Below, piece after piece: positions 15,266 through 26,640 of a stretch of 64,000 nt of DNA (its first letter is position 1; each line of letters starts with the position of its first letter). Both the position numbers and the translations under genes were made by a program. Under the pieces are notes generated by a model. The model saw nothing but the letters and a program-made list of their open reading frames with translations, was not told the origin of the DNA and did not search any database. The DNA comes from Camelus ferus (lineage: Eukaryota): contig NC_045697.1 of the NCBI RefSeq assembly GCF_009834535.1, forward strand, positions 53,198,001 through 53,262,000, written 5' to 3'.

Positions 15266-15649
15266 CAGTAATAGTAGTAAGAATAGCGGCAGTCATCTGT
15301 TCATATATTCTATTAATAAGGATTTGGAGAAGAATATAACTTTGAAATAATGGTTCCCTGAATAGAAACGTATATTGGCAGATGAAGTTGGAGATCAATG
15401 GGGGTTTTATTAGTTACTGTAAATTAGTATATGCTAAATGTCTTTTACAGCATTTCCTCTAGTGATTCATCTATCAAGTATTCTTTTTTAATGGGGTTGA
15501 AAGTACTGCTCTATAAAGTAATAGAAAATTACAGTAAATTATTTTGTGTGGCATTAAACCAATAGAAAGCTTAAAATGGAAGTTTATTTCTTAATTGCTA
15601 CAGTGCTACACATTTAGCTCTCTAGCTTGGCACTTGGCACATACTCTTG

Positions 15650-16159
15650 CAAACCTTTTTCCAAATTGTAATTGCAGGGTTATTCATTGCATATATTACA
15701 TTGAAATATACTCATCCTGGGACTGTCACCATTTGGAGAAGTAATAGTTGTTCCTTTTTTGAAAGTGGTGTCAGCTTTGAGATCAGTGTCAAAATCCAAA
15801 TGATCATTATCACCATTAGTGCTGAGCTTATTTAGTAAGTTTCAGGGTGGTTCCAAGTTTGTTGGTTTTCTCTTTATTCAAAGTCTTAGGTGCAACTTTT
15901 TTTCAGTACTCATTTTGCCTGTAGATCCATTGGTGCTAAACGTAGTTTCAATTTTGTTGGTTGATGCTGACATTACAGTGATGTATGTGCCAGAAGAGAT
16001 GTGGTGGGTAACTCTGGGAGCATGTTGGTGATGGTTCTACGTGGTGCTTGTGGAAATGATAGGTTTGCGGGCTGGCTGGGAGTAGTAACAGCAGTGGGGC
16101 TTAATGAGGTGGTGATACCTGATAGATTCTTGGAGGTGATAGTGACAACAGTATCTGTG
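15650..16159 (-). pseudogene. Eroded Thr/Ser/Pro-rich (mucin-like) exon relic
   Basis: After ttctgtcatttttctaag the minus strand reads TDTVVTITSKNLSGITTSLSPTAVTTPSQPANLSFPQAPRRTITNMLPELPTT, then with a frameshift SSGTYITVMSASTNKIETTFSTNGSTGK...ADTTFKKGTTITSP, with several stops. Confidence 0.5.
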
Positions 16160-19079
16160 CTTAGAAAAATGACAGAAATTAGCAGGTTGTGAGTGACAGA
16201 AGCTCAACTACCAGTTATTGTACTTGTAAAAAGTTTCATTCAAAATTCTATGTGAACCCCGCCTTTCTTTCTAATCTTATTTCCCTCTCTGTTGCTTTCT
16301 GCATGAACCTTATACCCTTGATTATGTAAACTACATCCTGTTTCCCTTAAAGATATTTTGCTTCTTTGATGTTCTTTACTGTCTAGAACGTCCTTAGCTT
16401 TCTAACCTAAGGGTCTAAGTGACCTTTGTGTTCTTTAAGGCCCAGCTCAAATACTTTCACCTCTTGGAAACCTTCCTATATGCCCAGTTTGAAGTAGTTG
16501 TTACCTCATCTGAAACCCCATTGTACTCTTTTATGAAATTTACCACTCTTATTTTGACATGAAACATGTAGCTGGCTAATATTCAAATAAACTCTTAAGT
16601 TCCTTGAAGTCGTGGTCCATATCTACTTCATTTTCTTTTATTATCTTTTCAATAAGATGTTATACAAACATTTCCAATATTTTTTCTTGAAAAAAATGGA
16701 GTCAAGAGAAATTTCAGAGTAATGTAGCTTATACTGACTGACACTGAGTATTAATGAGACTATGGAAAGAACCTCTCCTATTATTTAACCTAAAGAAGTA
16801 TACAATTTAGTTCAGTCCAAATTCTTTTCCTTGGATATTGATAAATGTATATTTTACAATTTTAATGTAGAAAGGCTTATCTAGAAATATTTCAGTAGCT
16901 AAGTGTTTAGGATTTCGTGTAAGCCTGTCTGGATTTAATTGCTAGCTATGTTTCATCTTTTTTTGCTTCATTTTCTTCATTATTATAGGATTGTTGTAAG
17001 TATTAAATGAATAAATCAATGTAAAGTACTTAGCACATTGTCTGGAACATAACTAAATACTGAATAAATGCTAATAGTTTTTATGATGATATTAGGTTAG
17101 GGATTATATTATAATAGATCAAGGAATATTTTAAAGGATCCAACCAGAGTATTAAAAATTAGGTGATGTACACACGGACATAGTCCTAGGCATAAAAAAC
17201 AAAATATCTTCAGACTGGATAGTAATTGCAGTATTGTTCACCCCTTCCTTGCCAGTTGCTGATTTACCCCCAAAATGTAAATTATGACTTAGTGTTTCTA
17301 GACAGTGTTTTTCCCCGTCTCCTTTCTCCTCATCACAATTCTCATTTTCTCTTTGTTCATTGAAAACAGTCTCCCTCAATGCAGGTAAATAACTAAATGC
17401 CTCAAAGTTATTCTTTGACAAATCTTATAACAATTTTTTGAACTGTATGTTTATTCTGGCTTTGGTGTTTGGTTATATGAATTTATTGGTGCTGAATTTT
17501 CTTTTTTAAAATATGAACTCCAGTATATTTTTTCATTTGGGAAGTGTGATTTCTATTGTGCTCACCAGCTTCACAACATGGTTTCAGAGAACACTGGGGC
17601 TAGTAGTTGAAAATAATTGATGGTTCTACATGGTTTAAGTGGCTTCCTTAGTTTACCAATTTTGTAATATAATTTCTCACTTATTTGAATAAGACCTCCA
17701 AGAAGTTCCTAGTTAAAATATTTACTGTTGTAATGAGTAGAATATATTTTAAAAATATATTAGCACTATAAGTCTGATTTTTTTTTACTTATTTTTGTCT
17801 ATTTTCAGTTATTTTTAATGCATAAGCTTTACTAAATTTTACATATTTCAAAGGTTGCTTCTTTCAATTCCCAAAGTAATTAATGCTCATGATAGAAAAT
17901 TAGAAAATAAAAATTTGAAAGAAAAAAATTAAAAATAAGTTTTAATCACATAACCTTGATAATTTTCTTAAAAAATTAAAAACAAATTAGTAGGTTAACT
18001 ATATTAAATTTTTAATAGTGATTATGTAAAAAATTCTGTATTATATTTTTCACACTCAAAATATTATATAGACATTAAATTCTATTAAAAATCTTTTATA
18101 AACATAATTTTAATGACATGATTGTACCATATAGATATTCCACAGGTACTTTTCCATTAGTTAATTGATAGATTGCTTTCCATTTATTATTATAAATATT
18201 TTGAGGTGAATATATTATTAATGAAGTTTTTTCCTTATTTTCCTTACTTCCTTTACTTTTCTTTCATATTAAATAATTATATTTTCTATTTAGTTATATT
18301 CCATTTATTTCATTCTCTCTTTAGTCTCATTATTATTGACTAGCTTATCATTTTATTATATCATATTTCTTTTGCTTTGCTGAGTAATTTATGTTGAAGT
18401 AGCTGTGTATAAGCATAAATAAAGTGAATAGAATTATCACCATCCAAAAATCTGAAACCTTTCAGGTAATCAGTGAGTTTCATAATCAAACAGGCATCCA
18501 TCTTGTTTATTTTGTTTAAAATCACCTAAAGAAGTAGCTCTGAGTCTAGCAATTTCCTCATGACTTCAGAGAAAACATATTTAATATTTCAGCATGAGGA
18601 TTTGACTTCTAGCATTGAGGATATATAATTTCTGAGAGGACAGAAAAGAGCAAATGAGACAACCTGCCTGAATTCTAAGCTAAAGATGAATAAGTTGGAT
18701 AAAATTGTGCTCCAGACATTTCAGCTATTCATCTTTGCTAGTTAAAAAATACACTCTATTTATTGATAAACTACACACAGATACTTCAAACATGTTATGT
18801 ATACTCAAAGCAAAATGGAGAAATTTAAAGGGTAGTATAAAAAGAGATTATAGATTTGTTAATATATGCCTAGAATCTATTAAAAGGGGACCATTTCTGA
18901 AGACTGTGGTGTTTCCTTCACAGCAAATGTGTTGGGTATCTTCGGAGTCCTAGGAATGAATCAGTGACACTTGGTTATATTGAGAAGTTAGCATAATCTT
19001 AATTGAATGAGAATATCAAGAATATGTTTTCTTCTTCCTACTTTTATTACACCAGGAGAGAGGAAAATAATGAACAATT

Positions 19080-20053
19080 ATGTGATTACTTGGGTATTAG
19101 TTTTACTTCCCTTGATCTATGTGTCTGTTTTTATGCCAGCACCAAACTATTTTGATTACTAAAGCCTTGCAATATAGTTTGAAAGCAGGAAATGTAATTG
19201 CTTTAGCTTTGTTTTCTTCTTCAAGATTGTTTTAGTATTCATGGTCCCATATGAATTTTAGGATTTTAAGACCTGAAACCTGGTAAAACGCCTAGTAAAA
19301 CTCCTAAAAGAAAACATAGGGGAAAAGCTTCTTGATAATGGTCTTGGCAATGATTTTTTGAATATGACATCAAAAGCCCATGCAACAAAACAAAAATAAA
19401 CAAGTGGGACAACATCAAACTAAAAGTCTTCTTCAGAACAAAAAAATACCAATCAACAAAATGAAAAGGCAACTCATGGAATGTGAGGAAATACTTGCAA
19501 CTCACATACCTGGTAGGGGCTAATATCCAAAAGGATATTCACATGACTCAATAGCAAAAAAACCCCCAAATAATCCAGTTAAAAAATGGGCAGAAGACCT
19601 GAGCAGACATTTTTCCAAAGAATATATACAGATGGGCAACAGGTACATGAGAAGGTGTTCAAAGTCATGAATCATTGGGGGAATGCAAATAAAAACCACA
19701 ATGAGATATCACCTGTCACCTGTTAGGATGACTATTATTAAAAAGACAAGAGACAATAATGTTAGCTAGAATGTAGAGAAAAGTTAATCCATGTGCACTC
19801 TTGGTGGGAAGGTAAATTTGTACAGCCATTGTGGAAAACAGTATGGAGGTTCTTCAAAAAATAAAAATAGAACTACCATATGATCCAGCAATCCTACTGT
19901 GAGGTATATATATGAAGGGAAAAATAATCATTATCTTGAAGACACTTCTGTACTAATATGTTCATTGCACCATATTCACAATAGCTAAAATATGGAAACA
20001 ACCTAAGTGTCTGTCAACAAATGAGTAGGTAAAGAAAACATCACACACACACA

Positions 20054-20091
<38 letters not shown>

Positions 20092-20540
20092 AATATTAGC
20101 TGTAAAAAGAAGGAAATCCTGGTATTTGTGACAACATGGATGAATCTGGAAGGATTTTTGCTAAGTGAAATAAGCCAGACAGAGAAAGACAAATGCTATC
20201 TGGTATCATTTATATGTGAAATTAAAAAAAATAAACCAAACTCAGAAACAGAATTGAATGGTGATTGGCAAGGGTTGGGGTTGGGGAAATGGGGAGATGT
20301 TGGTCAAAGGGTACAAACTTTAAGTTATAGAATGAATAAGTTCTGAGGATCTAAAGTACAGCATCGTACTATGGCTAATAACACTGTTTTGTATACTTGC
20401 AATAAAAAAAGAGTAACCATTTGAGGTGATGGATGTATTAATTAGCTTGATGCAATCATGTCACAAATGCATATCAAATCATCACTTTGCGCACTTTAAA
20501 TATATACAGTTTTCTCAATTATACTTCAATAAAACTGGAT
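19080..20540 (+). mobile_element. 5'-truncated L1 with inverted 5' segment (~19080-19266 antisense); internal (CA)n at 20042-20088
   Basis: Sense L1 ORF2 3' part and UTR (aagacctgaaac...acttcaataaa) preceded by antisense ORF2 sequence. Confidence 0.85.
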
Positions 20541-21399
20541 TTAAAAGATCTTAGTCTTTTTAGAGTCCCTCTATGCTATTTAGAATTCTTTTGTTATATT
20601 TCTGGGATATAAGTAGGAGCATAACTTTTTGATAAATCTACTCTTACCTTAAAATGATACTAATACAGTGTTTTACCTCTTCACCTAACTTTGATTACAT
20701 CCTATTAGCCTGCATAGATAGTCTTATTTTTATTTTAAACTCTTTATTGCTACTGTCTAGTTACAGTTCTTTTCCTTTGAAAGAGTAATTGGACATTTTT
20801 TGTTAGATTTTATAATTAAGTTTTAGTTTTGTTGCAGTCTAGCAAGAGAAGTTCCCGATTATAGAACCTCTTTGTTTTTAACATTTGGGGAGGTTATATT
20901 TGTGGCCTAATCTATGATTTATTTTTGTAAACATAACATGGGGACTTGGTGCCATGAATAATATCTCTGCTTTTACAGCATCCCAAAATCTCATATCCTA
21001 TGTAAGATATTTGTATTTTCTATAGGTAAGCACCTTTAAGAGTTTATTTCCTTTCATAAAATTAAATTTGTCAAGTTAATAAATTATCCTTTTCATTATC
21101 CTTCAGCACTTATGGAATTAAGAGGATTTAGGGATACTTGCTCTTAGGACATCAAGTAGTTTTGAGACTAGAGTGAGAATAAGAGATAAATACTTTTTCC
21201 ATGTCAAGTACTGAGGCCTGTAAAGTGAATTTAGTCATCACAGTAAAATGCAATGACAAGTCTTCTTGTGGTACTTCAAATATGTGACATGATATGTTGG
21301 TGATAGATAAAGAAGAAAGACTAAAAACTACAATACAATAAAGTGTACTTAAAGAATTGTGATATTTTCACTGCTAAAATCTCATATTTTTTATTATTT

Positions 21400-23236
21400 T
21401 GGGGGGTATTCAATCAGTATTCAAGGGCTCTGTGTGGTAGTTATCACCCATAGGTACTGGGTAATGTCAGTTGTGGGTCCTGAGACATCTTATATAGGAG
21501 GAGTGGCACCTGGAGTTGAAGGAGTAACAGGGTCTGTGGCATTAGATTCTGGACTTTTCAGGGAGTGCTGGGTCATATTCATATTTTGAGACTAAATCAG
21601 AATCTTCAGTGTCATAAGTATACTATTCAGGGTTGGTGACATCTTCAGGTGCAGTGCCAACAGTTGTAGTGGTGGTAGTGCTGGCATATCCTGGAGCAGC
21701 GGTGGCACTAGGGAGAGCAGAAGTGACAGCGATCACAGGCAGAGTAGTGCCAAGGGTAGAAGTGTCCACTCCTGGAGCAGCTGTTGTGCTTTTAAGGACC
21801 TCTGTAGTGGGTGCAGTGTCAGTTGCACAATTAGTGTTCACTGCAGTGGCTGCAGGGCTAGTCACAGTTACAGCCGTCTCTCCAATAGTTGTGCCAGCTT
21901 TCACATAGCAGTTTCAGTTACAGAAGTGGTTTCATCAGCTGGAGCAGCAGTCGTGTCACTTAGAGTAATAGTTGTGTCGCCTTCAAGGGTTGTGATCTCT
22001 TGTCTGGTGGTGGAGGTGTCAGCCGACAGGGTGGTGACTTGAGACGCAGAGGTAGTGACAGTAGGTGAGAGGGTAGCAGTAAGGGCTTTGTGGTAGGTAC
22101 AGTTTGAGCAATGCTGGTAGTAGCTTCTCCAGTGGCTGTCATGGTGGCATCTGCAAAGGCAGGAGTTGGTACTGTGTATGATGCAATTGTTACTTCTCCA
22201 GGATTCTCAGATGGCTGCTTTTTGGGTTGATGTGGACAAGGTGTAGACTTATGAGGTTTAGATGTCTGAGTTTGAAGTTGAGAGGAATGAGATTTTATCA
22301 GACAGGATGGTGGTGGATGATGTTTGTGTCCATGGTGCTTGCGTGATGTTGGAAAATTTGAAAACTGGTTAACAGAATGCAAAGGTTTCATCTTCCTTTG
22401 TTTGTTTTGGGAAGCTAGATGCTGGCTTTTGGCAGAATTGCATCCTTGATACTTAGCAGTTCTTTCTGAAGTATGTTTGGAGCCTGTTAAATTGTTTGGT
22501 GGAGACCACTTAGAAACAACTCTCCTTGTTTTAGTCCCAGAAACTTTAGACTCTGGCCTTTTAGACTTAGGAACCAAATGACTCCTCACTGTACCTAGGG
22601 AAGATGATGTCTGTCTAAGAACAGGTTTGGCAGCTGGACTCTTTGGTTTTATTGTCTTTACAGTTGATTTCTGTGTAGTGTTGGCAACTGAAGAAATTTT
22701 TCCTGTATTGTGTGAAGATGATGTCTTCTTGGGTGCAGACTTGGTAACTTTTGACTGTTTCTGTTTAGGCTTAGTAATTTTCTTTCTTTTTATACCAGTC
22801 TTGGAGGGAGATAACTGGACATAGACTTGTCATCTAAGGTCAGTTTGCATGCAGACTTGTGGATTAAGTTCTGTTTTTCTGAGGTTGATTTTGACTGAGG
22901 CTGTTTTTGTGCAATGTTGTTAGCTAAACATTGCTTTTTGATAGAGGCAGACCTCTTTGCTGCATCTTGGGAAGGTAATGAGAGCTTGGATGTAGACTTG
23001 GAAGTTGAAGATTTTTTAAATTCAGATGCCACAGATGGGTTTGGTAAAACAGATAGAGACAATTTTGGTTGAGTTCCAGGAAGTGAAAACTGGTTTGATG
23101 ACTTAATAGTCTGGGCCTGGGCTCATCTTAGTGCAGCTTGTGCTTAAGATGACTTTGTTTCTCTAATTTTAGAAGGTGAATTCAACCTCGATAGCATTTG
23201 TCTTGACTGGTCATAAGTTTTAAGACTCTCATCTGA
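21400..23236 (-). pseudogene. Large exon 3 of a disabled MUC7/PROL1-type secreted mucin (Lys/Ser-rich domain, His patch, Pro/Thr/Ser domain)
   Basis: tttttttacttgcag|TCA GAT GAG (SDESLK). Stops at 23146-23144, 23125-23123 and 21625-21623; frameshifts near 22822, 22088, 21905 and 21555 join ORFs 22790-23062, 21960-22829 and 21623-21904. TTAAP motifs present. Confidence 0.8.
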
Positions 23237-23369
23237 CTGCAAGTAAAAAAAATACAAGTAAAGAATTAAATATGTGTGGCATCAAGTCACATTGAGTGTA
23301 CTTAAAAATATTCATTAGTAAGTATCTAAAAATAGCCATTTAAATTTTTTTTCAGATTTGATTTATATT

Positions 23370-24015
23370 TTTTTAAAACATTACTTTTGGGAGTAATTTT
23401 AGGTTCTCAGCAAAATTGAATGGAAGCTACAGAGAGCTCCCATATACTCCCTGCCACAGCATATGCACAATCTCCCCTACTGTCAACACCCCACGGGAGA
23501 GGTAATTTGTTGCAATCAATGAAGCTACATTGACATGATATTACCCAAGTCCATAGTTTACATTAGAGTTCACTATTGGTATTGTACATTCTGTGGGTTT
23601 TGACAAACATATAATGACAAGTGTCCACCACTATAGCATCTTATAGAATATTTCACTACCTAAAATCCACTGTGCTTTCCCTGTTCATCCTTCCTAACTC
23701 CTGGCAAGCATTGATATTTTTACTGTCTTTATAGTTGTACTTTTTTGAGAATGTGATATAATTAGAATCATACAATATATAGCCTTTTCAGATTGGCTCC
23801 TTTCAGTTTGTAATATGTATTTAAGTTTCCTCCATATCTTTTCATGGTTTGAGAGCTCTTTTTTTAATGCTGAAAAATATTTCATTATATATATACACCA
23901 CAGTTTATTCACTCATCACTGAAGGACATCTTGGTTGCTTGCAAATTTTGGCCTTTATAAATAGAACTTCTATAAATATCCGTGTGCATGTTTTCGTGTG
24001 GATGTAAGTTTCTGA
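23370..24015 (-). mobile_element. Old L1 (L1MC-like) 3' fragment inside intron 2 of the mucin-like pseudogene
   Basis: aattttaggttctcagcaaaattgaatggaag..ccatagtttacattagagttcact..; ORF 23694-23912 resembles the L1 ORF2 tail. Confidence 0.8.
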
Positions 24016-24243
24016 TTTATATTTATATTACATGTATAGATATGCCCATGTATGAATATTCAGAAATTAAGATAGTAAAGTTCATGGTACTTTTTTTTAA
24101 AGCAACATAGCATGAATTATCCTGGTTCCAAACACAATGATGTTTCAGTCTGAGATGTTTTTGTGGCATATGATTGATAAGAACATCTTTATCTTTTTCT
24201 AAATGAGAAGAAAATTACCTGTTGAAGAGCACTGAAACCTTAC

Positions 24244-24313
24244 CAAGAAGAATGTAGTAAGGTTCCAGATGATCGTAGATAAGCTGAGGGCTTTCATATT
24301 TTCTTCATGGACA
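24244..24313 (-). pseudogene. Signal-peptide exon 2 of the mucin-like SCPP pseudogene (MKALSLSTIIWNLTTFFL)
   Basis: tttttcttgctag|16 nt UTR + ATG at 24297 + exactly 54 coding nt|gtaagg. Same 18-codon phase-0 layout as CSN3 exon 2 in this window and as SMR3/PROL1/MUC7. Confidence 0.8.
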
Positions 24314-25068
24314 CTAGCAAGAAAAAGTGATACAGATAGTCCATATTTAATTGTGTAGTGACAAATAGATTTTCAAATTCATATTTATTTTGGAAAATGA
24401 TGATATTAAGACTTCTCAGAAAGCAATACTGTCAGTAAGTAATTTGCTGGTTATTCAAGAGCTTTTTGCACCATTTATAAATTTTTAAGGATATGAGCAT
24501 AATTTAGAGTCATTAGGGTTAACAACTTAATGCTTCTCTAAATATAAGAATAAATTAATTATTTAAGTAAACATTATTTTTAAAAAAGCTTTTAGCTTAA
24601 AAAATTGTATTTCACACTTTTAAGATGTCAAAGCCAGTGCTTCCATATCGACCTGGAAGGGTTAAGGCAAGTGCTGAAGTCTGCACTTAATTTATCAACA
24701 AGAAATGCCTTAGACAGAATGAGGCATTCTTGTTATAACTATTTTTACTCAACAAAAAAATGTTTACCTTGTGATTTTTCACTTAAATTGCATTTTATCA
24801 CAGGCTGCTATCAAGCCATAGAACTTGAGTAATTCATAGGAATAAACATTGATTAAATTGTAGATAGTGTAAGCGGGTGGGAATCTAGCCTTTGAGTGGG
24901 TATGATCGGTTCCCATCAGCAGTTTAATAGTGTTAGAAACAAGTTTAATTTGTCTAATGGTCAGCAGATAATCTCAGTTACTAAATTTACTTTTCCATAG
25001 TCCAAACTGTGGCAAGCTTGGGGCCTGAAAGAAAAATCCGTGTCCCAATATCTTATCTGCATAGATAC

Positions 25069-25150
25069 CTTAGAAGGGGTTTCTCCTCTGTTCTGATAAG
25101 ATTTCATCTTCTCTTAATCGCTCTGACTTCTCTGGTGGTTGTTGTCTCCA
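25069..25150 (-). pseudogene. Putative non-coding exon 1 of the decayed mucin-like SCPP gene
   Basis: Purine-rich unique segment ending CCCCTTCTAAG|gtatct (GT at 25068-25067), with AT-rich TTTATTTATT at ~25185-25176 upstream. Position fits SCPP gene architecture. Confidence 0.45.
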
Positions 25151-26048
25151 AATGAAAACTAGCGAGTCCCTTTTGAATAAATAAAGCTTTCATCCCTGAA
25201 TGTCCCTCCTACTTATTTCCTTTTGGGGATAGACTGAGAAGACTTTAATATGATTGCTGTTGGCAAGGGTTAATACCGATTAAAAGAAAGTCAAGCCTGT
25301 TGACAAAATCAGTTTCTTGTGTAGATTCTTCTTGTGGAAATATTATGTTTCACTGTTACACCTTTACTTAGGAAAAAGAAAGAATAATTTTATTCCTTAT
25401 AAAATTTTTGTCATTTGTACTATTACTTGAAATCATCAGTTTAAAGTTTATTATTTCTGTGTCATGAGGTATGTCAAAGTTTTACTCTTTAAGGTTCTTG
25501 TCTTGACCATCCCAACAATGATTATAGGTATTTTATGGTGACTAATTCAAAAGAATGATTTTTAAATGTGGAAAGTAACTATGTTAATGCCAAATGTTAA
25601 TTTTATAGGGATATTTAGGACTTTAATCTTGCCTTCAAGAGTTTCTGGATTTATCCATATATTCTAATAAAATATACACATAAAAAGAAGAAAATTGATC
25701 TTTCAAGCCCATTTTTTTTCTTTAGTCTTGACTGTTAGGTTTATAGCCTTTATCCCAATAATCCAGGCATTCGGCCACTACTACAGTTTATCACATTAAG
25801 AAGATTAGGAAGAGGATACACCATCACCTCCTTCTAAATAGTATGCTAGAGTTACGATAATACATAATATTGATATAGCAATTTGGTTATCATTCTGTTG
25901 ACATTCAACTTTCTTTCCTTGAAAACAGATTAAATTGTAAAAACATTTTCTGTTTACACTTTTATATTGCTGTGATTAGTATTATGACTTGCAGCAATTT
26001 TCTTTTGAGTTTAAAATTAACCTAATAATTTATCACTGCCTTTGGTAG

Positions 26049-26088
26049 TTTATGATCAGTAATAAACTTTTATGATCAGTAATAAACT
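26049..26088 (+). repeat. Perfect 20-bp tandem duplication (TTTATGATCAGTAATAAACT)x2
   Basis: Directly visible. Confidence 0.9.
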
Positions 26089-26194
26089 GCTAAGGTCATC
26101 ATTTTTCTTTTCTGGACTTTGATAAGAAAAGCCTAGATTATTTAATCCTATTAAATGGATATTTCAGTTTCAGCCATTAGCAATCTGTTTATCC

Positions 26195-26640
26195 CTTTAC
26201 TTACTCATTTGTTTAGCAAACATTTATTTAGTTCCTGCACTGTATTGGGCCTTACCTTGGAGGGACAGTAGTGAGAGAACATAGTTCCTATGTTCATAGG
26301 GCTAATATCCCAGCAGGAGAGGTTGACAGGCAGGTGTAACAGAGGTTTATGGGTACTAAGGGGAAAGCGACTGGTAGGGGCAGGATGCTGTGGTAGCACA
26401 TTAGTGGAGCACTTCATCTTGAAAGTTTAGGAAAGTTTTTCTTAAAGATTTGGTATCTAAGACAAGGAGTCAGATTTTGATTATGTGATATAAATTATCA
26501 AAAGGATTTTAGTAGCTTCAAAAAAGTGCTGGTGGTGATGGTAGCACAGCTAAAGCTGTCATGAGAGTTTTTGAGTCACTGGGGTGAATGGCATGAGGAT
26601 GTAAGAGATGAGGTAGGAAGGTAGTAACAGCAAGATCATG
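26195..26640 (+). mobile_element. L2 3'-end fragment (orientation tentative)
   Basis: ttactcatttgtttagcaaacatttatttagttcct..ctgtattgggc, followed by a purine-rich L2 body. Confidence 0.55.

Noticed and set aside
1..15600. CABS1 or other downstream cluster genes
   Set aside because: No long acidic single-exon ORF; the region is mostly repeats and AT-rich intergenic DNA.
17152..17421. ORF with acidic stretch NEQRENENCDEEKGDGEK as a possible SCPP exon
   Set aside because: Derived from a purine-rich tract; no convincing splice sites or homology.
21359..22824. Val-rich plus-strand ORFs (21359-21589, 21633-21908, 22627-22824) that look like membrane proteins
   Set aside because: Antisense shadows of the Thr- and Lys-rich minus-strand pseudo-exon; no plus-strand gene structure seen.
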